From positions 1 to 47,340 of the IMG/VR virus record IMGVR_UViG_3300032243_001902: a stretch of DNA of 47,340 nucleotides; one strand, written 5' to 3'. This document shows, in pieces, positions 20,054-28,846 of the stretch. How positions within the stretch are numbered: the first letter of the stretch is position 1; the number at the start of each line of letters is the position of its first letter. The notes under the pieces are model-generated. The model made no database searches and was not told the DNA's origin. It worked only from the letters and a program-made list of their open reading frames with translations. This DNA is from a virus (Duplodnaviria; Caudoviricetes). Made by a program: the position numbers and the translations under genes.

Positions 20054-20364
20054 TTTTTACCTTCCTCATTTGAACCTGCCTCGTCTGAAAAAGGTTCTAT
20101 CAATTTATTTGCAACAAGTAACATTGATTCTTTTGCATATTTTGCATCATTTATCATCGCCACGACAACGGGGTCGTCAAATAAAACTGGAGATTCTAAA
20201 TGTCTTGAAATACTTGAATAAGCTTCGTTAAGCATATCTAAAGATTCTTCGACTTGAGAAGTTACTTCATCAAGTTTTTCAACCAATGACAAGGACTTAC
20301 GTAGGGATACAATTAAACCCATAAGTGTCATTATATTGGTCAAGATTAATATTGCGTAAAACAT
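20050..20364 (-). CDS. Small membrane-anchored coiled-coil protein (104 aa)
   Basis: N-terminal hydrophobic helix (MFYAILILTNIMTLMGLIVSL) followed by a coiled coil. Confidence 0.65.
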   Translation of the reverse strand: MFYAILILTNIMTLMGLIVSLRKSLSLVEKLDEVTSQVEESLDMLNEAYSSISRHLESPVLFDDPVVVAMINDAKYAKESMLLVANKLIEPFSDEAGSNEEGKK

Positions 20365-20374
20365 ATTGATGTTT

Positions 20375-21535
20375 TCATGTCAAATATTGAGATAATTTTT
20401 CTTCATATAATCTTGATACAGCATCATGACTATAATTCTCGATTATATTCTTAGAACCTTCAATAGCCCATTCTTTAGGCACATTGCAACTTGATCTAAA
20501 CTTTGTAATTTTTCTTTTAAAGTCAGCTTCAATTGGCTCAGCCCATTTAGAGTTTTTCATGAAAATCTTTTCATCAACTCTACTTGGATGTATTTGCGTC
20601 AATACATGATCAATTCCAATAAATTTGACATGTTTCATAAAATCAAGATGACCTGACCAATTAGTCGCAATGACGGGCAATCCTGACGCAGCAGCTTCAA
20701 GTAAAGGAAGACCATATCCTTCACCACGAGTTAAAGAAACTAAAGCTTTTATTTTTGGATTTTTGTATAGAGAAGAAACATCATCATCATTCATGTCTCC
20801 ATGAAGCAAATAAATTTTAGGATTTATACCTTTTCTTACTTCTTTTGCTAGAGCTTCCAAGTTGCGTAAAACGATATTCCTATCAATTCCAGTGTTTCTT
20901 CCGGCGTTCGTTTTTATGATAATTCCAACATCATCATCTTTTTCAAAAGCTTCGCATAACCATTTAACGCTAAACAACAAGTTTTTTCGATCATTAAATG
21001 GATTATTACCTGTCATTTGTCCAAATAACAGAAAATTAAATGAAGTTTCAACGTTAGATAAATCTATCGTTTTTGAACTTTTAACAATTTCATCAGGATA
21101 AGATTCTGGTACGACATGTGCTGGGACAGTTAATTTACCAGCATTTTCTAGACTTTTTAAAGAATGATGCGATGGTAATACGATACACGTCATTTTATTT
21201 GACGCAGCAACCCATTCTGGGTTTGCTGAATCTGTTTCAACAGCAGCTGTAATTCCTATATTGGTTTGACACAGTTGCGAATCCCATTCATTCGGTAGTT
21301 GTAATTGAATAGAGACATCACCATGAGCGTCAGGTCCGGCCGTTTTTTCCATTATTCTACCGACTAGACCGTTCTCTCTAGATTTATCTAGAATCCAAGG
21401 AGTATCACCCCATGGAGTTAAAACAAATTTAACGTTTATATCTTGTCTTGAAAGAAGCCATCTTGCAACTTGACGACTATGAACACCATATCCAGATTGT
21501 GTTAACGCAGGTCCTCTAAAAATGACTGTTTTCAT
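20375..21535 (-). CDS. Glycosyltransferase, GT4 / GT-B
   Basis: SGYGVHSR at the N-terminus; RKN; GEGYGLPLLEAAASGLPVIATNWSG (EX7E motif). Confidence 0.9.
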   Translation of the reverse strand: MKTVIFRGPALTQSGYGVHSRQVARWLLSRQDINVKFVLTPWGDTPWILDKSRENGLVGRIMEKTAGPDAHGDVSIQLQLPNEWDSQLCQTNIGITAAVETDSANPEWVAASNKMTCIVLPSHHSLKSLENAGKLTVPAHVVPESYPDEIVKSSKTIDLSNVETSFNFLLFGQMTGNNPFNDRKNLLFSVKWLCEAFEKDDDVGIIIKTNAGRNTGIDRNIVLRNLEALAKEVRKGINPKIYLLHGDMNDDDVSSLYKNPKIKALVSLTRGEGYGLPLLEAAASGLPVIATNWSGHLDFMKHVKFIGIDHVLTQIHPSRVDEKIFMKNSKWAEPIEADFKRKITKFRSSCNVPKEWAIEGSKNIIENYSHDAVSRLYEEKLSQYLT

Positions 21536-21550
21536 TTCGGCTTCTTTCTC

Positions 21551-22801
21551 TCAGATCTTTCTTACTTCCCAAGAACGATAATTTGAATGCCAAGTATCGA
21601 CCAAGTTGGTTAGTGTATTATCCCAATCTTTTATCAGATTTTCAACGTTATAATCTTTCTTAGCATGTTCTAAAGCTCTGTTACCAACCTGCTTTCTCTT
21701 TTCAGGTCCCCAGTCATACATTTGCATAAATGCATTAGCTAAATTTTCATGTGTTATATAATCCTCATAAATGTAAGGGACCATTTGATTTCCTACAAGA
21801 GAACTTGCATCAGGATCTAATCCTATTCCAAATTGTTCCCCTGTTTCAAGATCTTCGACTTGTCTAGTTAATCCGCCTGTTTTTATTGCAATGATGGGTT
21901 TACCACACATCATACCTTCCAGCGTTGACAATCCAAACCCTTCATTACAACTGCGGTTGACTACTGTATCAACTGCATTGTAAAGTTTATTCATGTCTTG
22001 AAATTCTATTCTATTTTTTGAAAAGAAAACATGTTCTTTAATTCCTAACATGTCAACAACATGATGAAGATTCGGTCCTTCTGGATCAAGCGGCTCGGTA
22101 TGCATAATCAACGTTGCTTTTGTATGATTATGTTTTGCTTTTAGCTCTTCAATAAACTGCTTCCAAGAAATCAAAATATCACTTGGCATCTTGCGGCGAG
22201 CATTTCTAGATACAAACAAAGCCGTAAAATGATCTGCTCTTTGTGAACCTAATAACGCAACTTTATGCTTCTTTTGTTGTTCTTCTGGTAAAGGATAGTA
22301 AACTTCCTGAGGAATTGCATGAGGAATATAATTCGTTTTTTCGGGGAATCTTTCCTTAACCATCGTATACGTTGGCCAATTAATACAGTTAACTAAATCA
22401 GTTGATTCATAAAGAACTCTGTTAAACTCTGGCCAAGGATGATTATCCCAAAGGTGATTATAGGCTATCGGACAAACTTGATGAATTTCGTCTTCCATTT
22501 CCCAAACCCAAATAAAGAATCTTGGATCCGTGAATAATAAAAGAACGTCTGGTTTTTCAGACACCAGAACTTGTCGCAGCATGTTTCTATCTCCAAACCC
22601 ATTAGTAGGTTTGATGATAAAATCTTCATTAACCACGACGGTTCTGTAATCATCATGTTTAACTGCACCACCGAAACATTTAAACTTCCATTTTCCGGTG
22701 TTAATTAAACCGTTTATAAGCCATCTAGCTTGCGTTCCAACGCCGCTAGAACTTAGAGGATGATCAGATAATAGTAGTATTGTTTTTTTATTGTCCGCCA
22801 C
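21551..22801 (-). CDS. Glycosyltransferase, GT4 / GT-B
   Basis: SSGVGTQ; VSRNARRK; NEGFGLSTLEGMMCGKPIIAIKTGGL (EX7E motif). Confidence 0.92.
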   Translation of the reverse strand: MADNKKTILLLSDHPLSSSGVGTQARWLINGLINTGKWKFKCFGGAVKHDDYRTVVVNEDFIIKPTNGFGDRNMLRQVLVSEKPDVLLLFTDPRFFIWVWEMEDEIHQVCPIAYNHLWDNHPWPEFNRVLYESTDLVNCINWPTYTMVKERFPEKTNYIPHAIPQEVYYPLPEEQQKKHKVALLGSQRADHFTALFVSRNARRKMPSDILISWKQFIEELKAKHNHTKATLIMHTEPLDPEGPNLHHVVDMLGIKEHVFFSKNRIEFQDMNKLYNAVDTVVNRSCNEGFGLSTLEGMMCGKPIIAIKTGGLTRQVEDLETGEQFGIGLDPDASSLVGNQMVPYIYEDYITHENLANAFMQMYDWGPEKRKQVGNRALEHAKKDYNVENLIKDWDNTLTNLVDTWHSNYRSWEVRKI

Positions 22802-22807
22802 AACGTT

Positions 22808-22813
22808 ATATTA
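22808..22813 (-). promoter_or_regulatory. Candidate -10 box (TAATAT), leaderless-type promoter
   Basis: In an 80-bp AT-rich gap, 6 nt before the GTG start at 22801; no SD; -35 weak. Confidence 0.4.
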
Positions 22814-22880
22814 CCTACTTTTAAGAAATTGTAATAAAAAACACTTTATTTAAAAAAAATTAAAACTAATCAATCATTGA

Positions 22881-23699
22881 TTAAGTGCAATGTTCAGTGC
22901 CTTTAAATTCGCACCATGTACATGCATCACGGTTTTTTAGTGCCATCCCACGTTTCACTGATGTCAACATATTACTAACGACCTTGAGAGATCGTTTAAT
23001 GGGAACTTCGCCTAATGAAACAGAGAATAGTTCGCAGTGATCTCCTGGTTTGGCTGATTTCTTTAGAAGAACGAATCCACAACGGACGTCTTTCATCGAA
23101 ACATTAGGATTCTTTTGGCACCAATAGTTCTTATAAAGAGCCAACTGAGCCTTGACCATATCATCAGATCTCTTTTCCCGGAACCACCCTCTAGCGGTAG
23201 TTTTCCAGTCAAGAATCCAATAGACTGTTTCTCCTCTTTTACCTTTTGCTTTAATGACGCCGTCTATAAATCCCTTAAAAGCGTGAGGATGATTTTCTAC
23301 GGCTTCATAGAGTTGATGCTCTGCATCAACAACTTCCCATTCTGGGAATGTGTCATCTAAAAACTTTGGAACTTCAAAAAGGATTGCTTCGGCTTCTTTC
23401 TTAGATTTTTCTAATGAGGCTGGGCTAAAGTCTGGATTGCCTTCGTGCTTTGCCCATGCTTTTTCCATGTGTTCAAAAGCAATCTCAGGCTTCATCTCTC
23501 TCGTCAGAAGGTAGTGCTCGCATGAAGCGTGGACAGCAGTACCAAAATCTAGTACAGGAGATGGCTTTGAAAGATCAATCTTTTTGACGTGAATTAAGTT
23601 GTGACGGTAAGAACATTCTTTCCAGAGCTTTACTTCTGAAAATGAAACGTGCGGTTTACCTGTCGGTAGTACCTCATAAGAGGGTGTTACTTCTTGCAT
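22881..23699 (-). CDS. PD-(D/E)XK nuclease, Cas4/AddB-like with 4-Cys Fe-S staple
   Basis: SFSEVKLWKEC, FGTAVH, E...FKGFID...ILDWKT, QLALY and C-terminal CTWCEFKGTEHC. Confidence 0.88.
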   Translation of the reverse strand: MQEVTPSYEVLPTGKPHVSFSEVKLWKECSYRHNLIHVKKIDLSKPSPVLDFGTAVHASCEHYLLTREMKPEIAFEHMEKAWAKHEGNPDFSPASLEKSKKEAEAILFEVPKFLDDTFPEWEVVDAEHQLYEAVENHPHAFKGFIDGVIKAKGKRGETVYWILDWKTTARGWFREKRSDDMVKAQLALYKNYWCQKNPNVSMKDVRCGFVLLKKSAKPGDHCELFSVSLGEVPIKRSLKVVSNMLTSVKRGMALKNRDACTWCEFKGTEHCT

Positions 23700-23705
23700 T
23701 TAAAG

Positions 23706-23735
23706 ATAGTAACACCCTCTTATTTGTTAGTTCAA
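23706..23735 (-). promoter_or_regulatory. Candidate sigma70-type promoter (TTGAAC-18-TACTAT with extended TG)
   Basis: Minus strand reads TTGAAC N18 TACTAT with TGn immediately before the -10, which ends 6 nt before ATG 23699. Confidence 0.5.
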
Positions 23736-24691
23736 TCCTTTGGTTTTTTTGAGATTGCTCTTCCTACTAACTTCTCCCAATCTCGCTGAGGACGAACTTC
23801 CATGTTCTTGTGCCATGCTCCATTCATAACCTTGGGATCAATTCCAAATGTTTTTGCAATTGAAATAAGAGCATTAATGTCCTTACAAAAACAACTTCCA
23901 CCGAAACCAAATGCTGGTTCACCAGTATCGTCTGCTGGCATAGGACCTGGTACCTTCCAATGAGAATTGCCTAGACGTTTGTCTAAGGTTGCGTATTCAA
24001 TCACCTTGTCATAATCTATATTTGCACCTGCTGAATCTAGTGCCTGACAGATTTGGTAGAACTCATTTGCAAGAGCAACCTTGACGGCAAGATGGATGTT
24101 GGTGACATATTTTACCATCTCTGCGGTTGTGCTTGACGTTTTGATGATTGGGACGCTTGGGAAAGCTGCCTCAAAGACTTGTTTGACTTTATTAATCCAT
24201 GGACGAGGTCCACCGAGGATAATACGATTCTGATTTCGCATATCATCGACTGCGTTAGCTTCAGTCAAAAATTCAGGATTAAAGACTACTCGAAGGCCTG
24301 TTTCTGAAAACTTCTTGTTCCAATGCTCTGTTGAACCAGGAGGAATTGTCGACTTAACAACTGCAATTCTTTCACCAGGAACTGCTGAAAGTTCTTTCAA
24401 GGCTCCTTCGACAATGCTGAGGTCAGCTGATCCATCATCATACATAGGTGTCGGAAGGCACACGAAATAAACATTTGAAAATCCTGGTGTTCCTCCATTT
24501 TCATTATCTCCAATTAATTCTGCAATGGATCCTGGATAACCAGCCGCTGGATCTCCATGACTTGGTAAAGATCCTTTTGCGTACTTTCCAGCCTTGTCGT
24601 AAGCGTAAACGTCAAATCCTCTTTCTGAAAAGACAGTAGTAAGTGAACCGCCTACAAAACCTTGTCCTATTACTGCAATTGATTTCTTCAT
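23732..24691 (-). CDS. ugd: UDP-glucose/GDP-mannose dehydrogenase family, lacking the C-terminal domain (319 aa)
   Basis: GQGFVG, VCLPTP, VKSTIPPG, NPEFLTE, AEMVKY, GFGGSCFCKD (catalytic Cys). Confidence 0.88.
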   Translation of the reverse strand: MKKSIAVIGQGFVGGSLTTVFSERGFDVYAYDKAGKYAKGSLPSHGDPAAGYPGSIAELIGDNENGGTPGFSNVYFVCLPTPMYDDGSADLSIVEGALKELSAVPGERIAVVKSTIPPGSTEHWNKKFSETGLRVVFNPEFLTEANAVDDMRNQNRIILGGPRPWINKVKQVFEAAFPSVPIIKTSSTTAEMVKYVTNIHLAVKVALANEFYQICQALDSAGANIDYDKVIEYATLDKRLGNSHWKVPGPMPADDTGEPAFGFGGSCFCKDINALISIAKTFGIDPKVMNGAWHKNMEVRPQRDWEKLVGRAISKKPKD

Positions 24692-24710
24692 AATCTCTTT
24701 ATAAAGGGGG

Positions 24711-25649
24711 TTAAAGTTCGACCCAATCTTCTGGTTTTGCAGATTCAGGTCTTATTGGGTTTTTTAACCAGTTACCGTTAGAATCTACAAATTTTTCAAA
24801 ACCAATAGGTTTTGCAACGATTTCTATTGAATTGGGTTTTGATAAATCAAATTCAAATTCGTTGACATAGTCATAATATTTCCACCCTGCGGTATCTTTA
24901 GCTTTCCAGTAAGATCCATAACGTTTATTGCCACGAACTCTTCCTTGAGTTCCTCTTGGATCAGTGTAGATTGCAATCGACTGTGGAACAGCACTCAAAG
25001 CCGTGATGTATCTTGGAATTTTATTTTCCAGAATCATCTTATTAACTTTATAACGCATCTCATTTTCTGAATCCATTCCACCTTCATGGTTAAGATTTTT
25101 TTCATGCCACGGCATGATCTGTTCTATGACTTTTTTGCTGTATAGCGCATCTGCAGCAGGAGATATTGGATCTCTTGTAACATCTGCAAAGAAAGAATTT
25201 TTAGCAAAAGCCGGAACTCTATCTTCTGGAAATTTATGAATTTGGTGAGATTGGTGTGTAATTGCCCGTTGTGCGTCTAACATGAAGCTTCCGACTACAT
25301 CAAGATTTTTATCGTAAAAACTAATAACATCGTTTAGCCAACCTGGTAGAATGAACTGCATGTCACCTTGCAACATGCACACGTAATCGCCGGTTGCCTT
25401 AGAAATAATTGTGTTTAATCCTATTGCAAATTCATTAGCAGGATTTCTTTCATTTTTTCTAATGACTGTAATTCCTCGATTCTCAAGATCGACGAGATAT
25501 TCTTCTGTTCCTTGCTCGACGGAAGCATTATCAATAACGATTAATTCTTTATTTTCGTAATCTTGAGTTGTATCGATTAAAGACTCAAGACAACTTTGCA
25601 AATAAAACAAGCGATTGCAATTAACGATTCCGAATGTAACTTTTTTCAT
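24711..25649 (-). CDS. Glycosyltransferase, GT2 / GT-A
   Basis: FGIVNCNR...CLESL...ELIVIDNAS...GLN...ATGDYVCMLQGD. Confidence 0.85.
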   Translation of the reverse strand: MKKVTFGIVNCNRLFYLQSCLESLIDTTQDYENKELIVIDNASVEQGTEEYLVDLENRGITVIRKNERNPANEFAIGLNTIISKATGDYVCMLQGDMQFILPGWLNDVISFYDKNLDVVGSFMLDAQRAITHQSHQIHKFPEDRVPAFAKNSFFADVTRDPISPAADALYSKKVIEQIMPWHEKNLNHEGGMDSENEMRYKVNKMILENKIPRYITALSAVPQSIAIYTDPRGTQGRVRGNKRYGSYWKAKDTAGWKYYDYVNEFEFDLSKPNSIEIVAKPIGFEKFVDSNGNWLKNPIRPESAKPEDWVEL

Positions 25650-26692
25650 CTTGATGATTCTACAATTTCTTTCAAAATTGTTTTTAAATCTTTTGTTATT
25701 TCCCAGTTTGGAAAATGAGATTTGAATTTATCCATGTTTGAAATATAACAAATATGATCGCCTACTCTAGCTTTTTCAGACAATGAATAATTTAATGTAT
25801 ATCCCATGTCATCTAATGATTTAATAACTTCAAGTATGGAGTTGCTGTTTTGTCTACATCCACCGATATTATACACTTCACCAGATTTGGGGCTTTTTAT
25901 AAATTCATGAAATGCCGTACATACATCATATGAATGAATTTGATCTCTGACTTGTTTTCCTTTATACCCGTTAATTGTATATGGCCGACCTTGAACGGCG
26001 CATTTTACGATGTAGGATAAAAATCCATGAAGCTCAACACCAGCGTGTTGCGGTCCTGTCAAACATCCACCACGAAATATGCCGATAGGCATATTAAAAT
26101 ATCTTGCATATTCTTGCGCAAGAAGATCCCCTGCTGTCTTTGAAACACCAAATAAAGAATGTGTTGTTTGATCGATTGACATAGATTCATCTATGCCATT
26201 TGCATAAAAACTATCTGCATAATCATATCTCATTTCATTTTCGACTAAATTAAGTCGATTAGGAGTATCACCATAGACTTTATTAGTGCTTACATGAATA
26301 AAAGGAGACTCTGGACAGACTTGTCTGGCTGCTTCAAGTATGTTTAATGTGCCTGTTGCATTTGTGTGAAAATCTTCGTGAGGAATTTTTGCAGCAAGAT
26401 CATGTGATGGTTGCGCGGCTGTATGAACGATGAAAGAAGGCTTATGATCTTTAAAAATTTCTAATATTTTTGCAGAATCTCTTATATCACAATTTTGATG
26501 AATGTAAGAATTTGATTTTGATAGTTCTTTTGCTACAGCAGATGTATCTCCACCTGGACCAAAAAATTGGCGACGCATGTTGTTGTCAACGCCAATGACA
26601 AGATATCCAAGGTTTAAGAAATATCTTGCAACTTCAGACCCTATTAACCCAGCAGCGCCAGTAATCAATATCGTATTATTAACTTTTGTCAT
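25646..26692 (-). CDS. rfbE: NAD-dependent epimerase, CDP-paratose 2-epimerase (tyvelose epimerase)-like
   Basis: GAAGLIG, HTAAQPSHD, STNKVYGD, SLFGVSK, QEYARYF, GYKGKQVRD. Confidence 0.8.
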   Translation of the reverse strand: MTKVNNTILITGAAGLIGSEVARYFLNLGYLVIGVDNNMRRQFFGPGGDTSAVAKELSKSNSYIHQNCDIRDSAKILEIFKDHKPSFIVHTAAQPSHDLAAKIPHEDFHTNATGTLNILEAARQVCPESPFIHVSTNKVYGDTPNRLNLVENEMRYDYADSFYANGIDESMSIDQTTHSLFGVSKTAGDLLAQEYARYFNMPIGIFRGGCLTGPQHAGVELHGFLSYIVKCAVQGRPYTINGYKGKQVRDQIHSYDVCTAFHEFIKSPKSGEVYNIGGCRQNSNSILEVIKSLDDMGYTLNYSLSEKARVGDHICYISNMDKFKSHFPNWEITKDLKTILKEIVESSR

Positions 26693-27480
26693 GAAAATTT
26701 TTCAGTTAAATGCCAACCATACTCTCCAGCAATTTTTCTAGCTTTGCTCCAGTCTCTTTTCTTAAGATGATATATCCAACATTCGCCTATCACAAAAACT
26801 TTGCCACCAGATTCTTTGAAGCGTAATGTTTCCATTTCTTGGCCACCCCACTTTCCACAATCTCCAGCATACTTGTGAATGTAAGTTTTATCGAACTTAT
26901 CGAATTCCGCAAATAGATCTCCATCAGGATATCTGAACTTTTCATAAAACTTTTTTGTAAAACCAAAGAAAAACCCGCTAACAAATCCTTCCCATCCTTC
27001 GCCTAAAATTTCTTTTGACTTAGTATGATCAGGACCATTCGACATTTGAATCTTTTCAAATGAACCATTAACTCCGTTAGTTAATGGTCCAAACATAGAC
27101 ATGTCTGCGTCTGGATTTTCAATTATTTTATTAATGAATGTGTTGATTGATTCGTTAAAAATAAGGTCATCATTAGAGTTTAAGATTATATCACAACCTA
27201 ATTCATGAGCCTTTTTTATTCCAATGTTCCAAGCTCCTGTAAGACCTTTTTTCCATTGGTCTTCAACATAAATGTAATGACAATTATTTAGTATTTGAGA
27301 TAATACTTGATTTTCTGGGAACTTTGATAGATTGATATCAGATTGATTATCAACTATAATAATTTCATAAGAAAAGTTGCAAGTTTTTTTGAAACTACCA
27401 AGAGCATTTAATAATAGGTCTCGCCCATACGGTCGAATTTTTTCAGAACTATGATTTGTGATTACTAATCCGACTTTCAT
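26689..27480 (-). CDS. Glycosyltransferase, GT2-like
   Basis: EIIIVDNQS, GLTGAWNIG, ILNSNDD, GPLTN, IYH. Confidence 0.8.
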   Translation of the reverse strand: MKVGLVITNHSSEKIRPYGRDLLLNALGSFKKTCNFSYEIIIVDNQSDINLSKFPENQVLSQILNNCHYIYVEDQWKKGLTGAWNIGIKKAHELGCDIILNSNDDLIFNESINTFINKIIENPDADMSMFGPLTNGVNGSFEKIQMSNGPDHTKSKEILGEGWEGFVSGFFFGFTKKFYEKFRYPDGDLFAEFDKFDKTYIHKYAGDCGKWGGQEMETLRFKESGGKVFVIGECWIYHLKKRDWSKARKIAGEYGWHLTEKFS

Positions 27481-27481
27481 A

Positions 27482-28384
27482 TTAAACCTTGTTTATGTTA
27501 CCATCAGTTATTCCTGATGAATTAAATGTAACTTCTGGTAATGGCAAATTCTTTTTTGGTTGAACGTTAACTGGTGGCTTTTCGCTAGATATTTCCCTTA
27601 AAGATGGATGATGTACACTTATTTCTACGGGTTCTGCAGTACATCCTCCAAACCACCATTGCATTTCGCTGAATGTGCATTTTGATGTGATATAAAGTTT
27701 TTTTGTCATACCACCGAGATACAAATCAATCAATGCATCTTGCAATCCTTCTTTGCAAGTGTAGTCTCCAAATTCCGTTCTTTTTTCAGTGAGAAAGATT
27801 CTATCTCCATATCGATTTTTAATCTCATTGACAGTTTCTTCATGATCAGCTGTCAAAAATATTTTGTCACTTTTTATCTCATTTTCGATTAAATCGAATA
27901 CTTTTTCTATTTTGAATCTTTTTCCTCTTTGATGATATTCAAGAGGAAAAGACATGTAAGTTCTCAAACTTAGTGTACAAGAATTTAACGGTATTTGTTT
28001 TTTATATTCTTCTATTTTTTCTTGAACGTAATCGACTGGTATTAAGCTTTGAACTAGATCTTTCATTTCAAGAAAATGAAATGAACTTCGTATACCAGGT
28101 TTAAGATAAGCTTCTTCTAAACTTACAAAATTTCCATTATTGTAATGTTTTAGTCTTGCATCTCTACCGTAATAACGGTGTTCATAGTCTGGTTTTCTAT
28201 CGATTATTTGAAATTGATTTTTCCAAAGATCGTTGAATTCGCACCATACTCCACCGTCATTTTGATATGATGTAGTGGGAGGCCACATCAATAGAATGTC
28301 TTCTGGCTTGGTAATCGTCAAACAAGTTAAAAGAGTTTTAATTCTGTTACCAATTCCGCCTGCTGCATTACAAACAAGTTTCAT
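27482..28384 (-). CDS. Fucosyltransferase-like GT-B protein (GT11/GT23/O-FucT-like)
   Basis: GGIGNR at the N-terminus, LSLRT, IFLTAD, ALIDLYL, CTFSE correspond to the GDP-fucose-binding motifs I-III. Confidence 0.7.
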   Translation of the reverse strand: MKLVCNAAGGIGNRIKTLLTCLTITKPEDILLMWPPTTSYQNDGGVWCEFNDLWKNQFQIIDRKPDYEHRYYGRDARLKHYNNGNFVSLEEAYLKPGIRSSFHFLEMKDLVQSLIPVDYVQEKIEEYKKQIPLNSCTLSLRTYMSFPLEYHQRGKRFKIEKVFDLIENEIKSDKIFLTADHEETVNEIKNRYGDRIFLTEKRTEFGDYTCKEGLQDALIDLYLGGMTKKLYITSKCTFSEMQWWFGGCTAEPVEISVHHPSLREISSEKPPVNVQPKKNLPLPEVTFNSSGITDGNINKV

Positions 28385-28845
28385 AATTTTTTAATCATCT
28401 GTATGCTAGTGGTTTTTTTATCTGTTCCAATTTGGGAAAAATCAGTAATTGAAGTTGTTTCAAACCCTAAATTTTTATAAAGATTATATGCAACTTCATT
28501 AAAGCTTAAAACGCTCAAATAAACGATGCTAATATTGATGGATTTCAAATAATCAAACAGCTTATAATAAGCTGTTTTCATTGAGCCTCTTCCTCGAAAA
28601 TCTTTATGAAGATCTCCACCAACCCAGCAAGAGTTATCTGTCCAATCTGAAGTTCTAAAATATCCTATTGGATTTCCTTCATTTTCAATGATAAAAAATT
28701 TAGGATTTGTTTTTTGAAACCATTCTTTACAATTTTTTAAAGAAAATTCAGATGCATTATGTAAGAAAAAACGACATTCATTTCTAATTTCTATTAGAAA
28801 TTCTAAATCATTTTCCTTTAATTCTCTAAGAGAAATTGTTGACAT
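28381..28845 (-). CDS. GNAT acetyltransferase (PseH-like sugar N-acetyltransferase)
   Basis: LRELKENDLEFL..IRN, FRGRG, LSVLSFNEVAYNLYKNLGF. Start set at ATG 28845, just after the upstream stop. Confidence 0.85.
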   Translation of the reverse strand: MSTISLRELKENDLEFLIEIRNECRFFLHNASEFSLKNCKEWFQKTNPKFFIIENEGNPIGYFRTSDWTDNSCWVGGDLHKDFRGRGSMKTAYYKLFDYLKSINISIVYLSVLSFNEVAYNLYKNLGFETTSITDFSQIGTDKKTTSIQMIKKL

Positions 28846-28846
28846 A

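Noticed and set aside
22881-23699. CRISPR-Cas adaptation module
   Set aside because: Only a solo Cas4-like gene; no cas1/cas2 or repeat-spacer array was seen.
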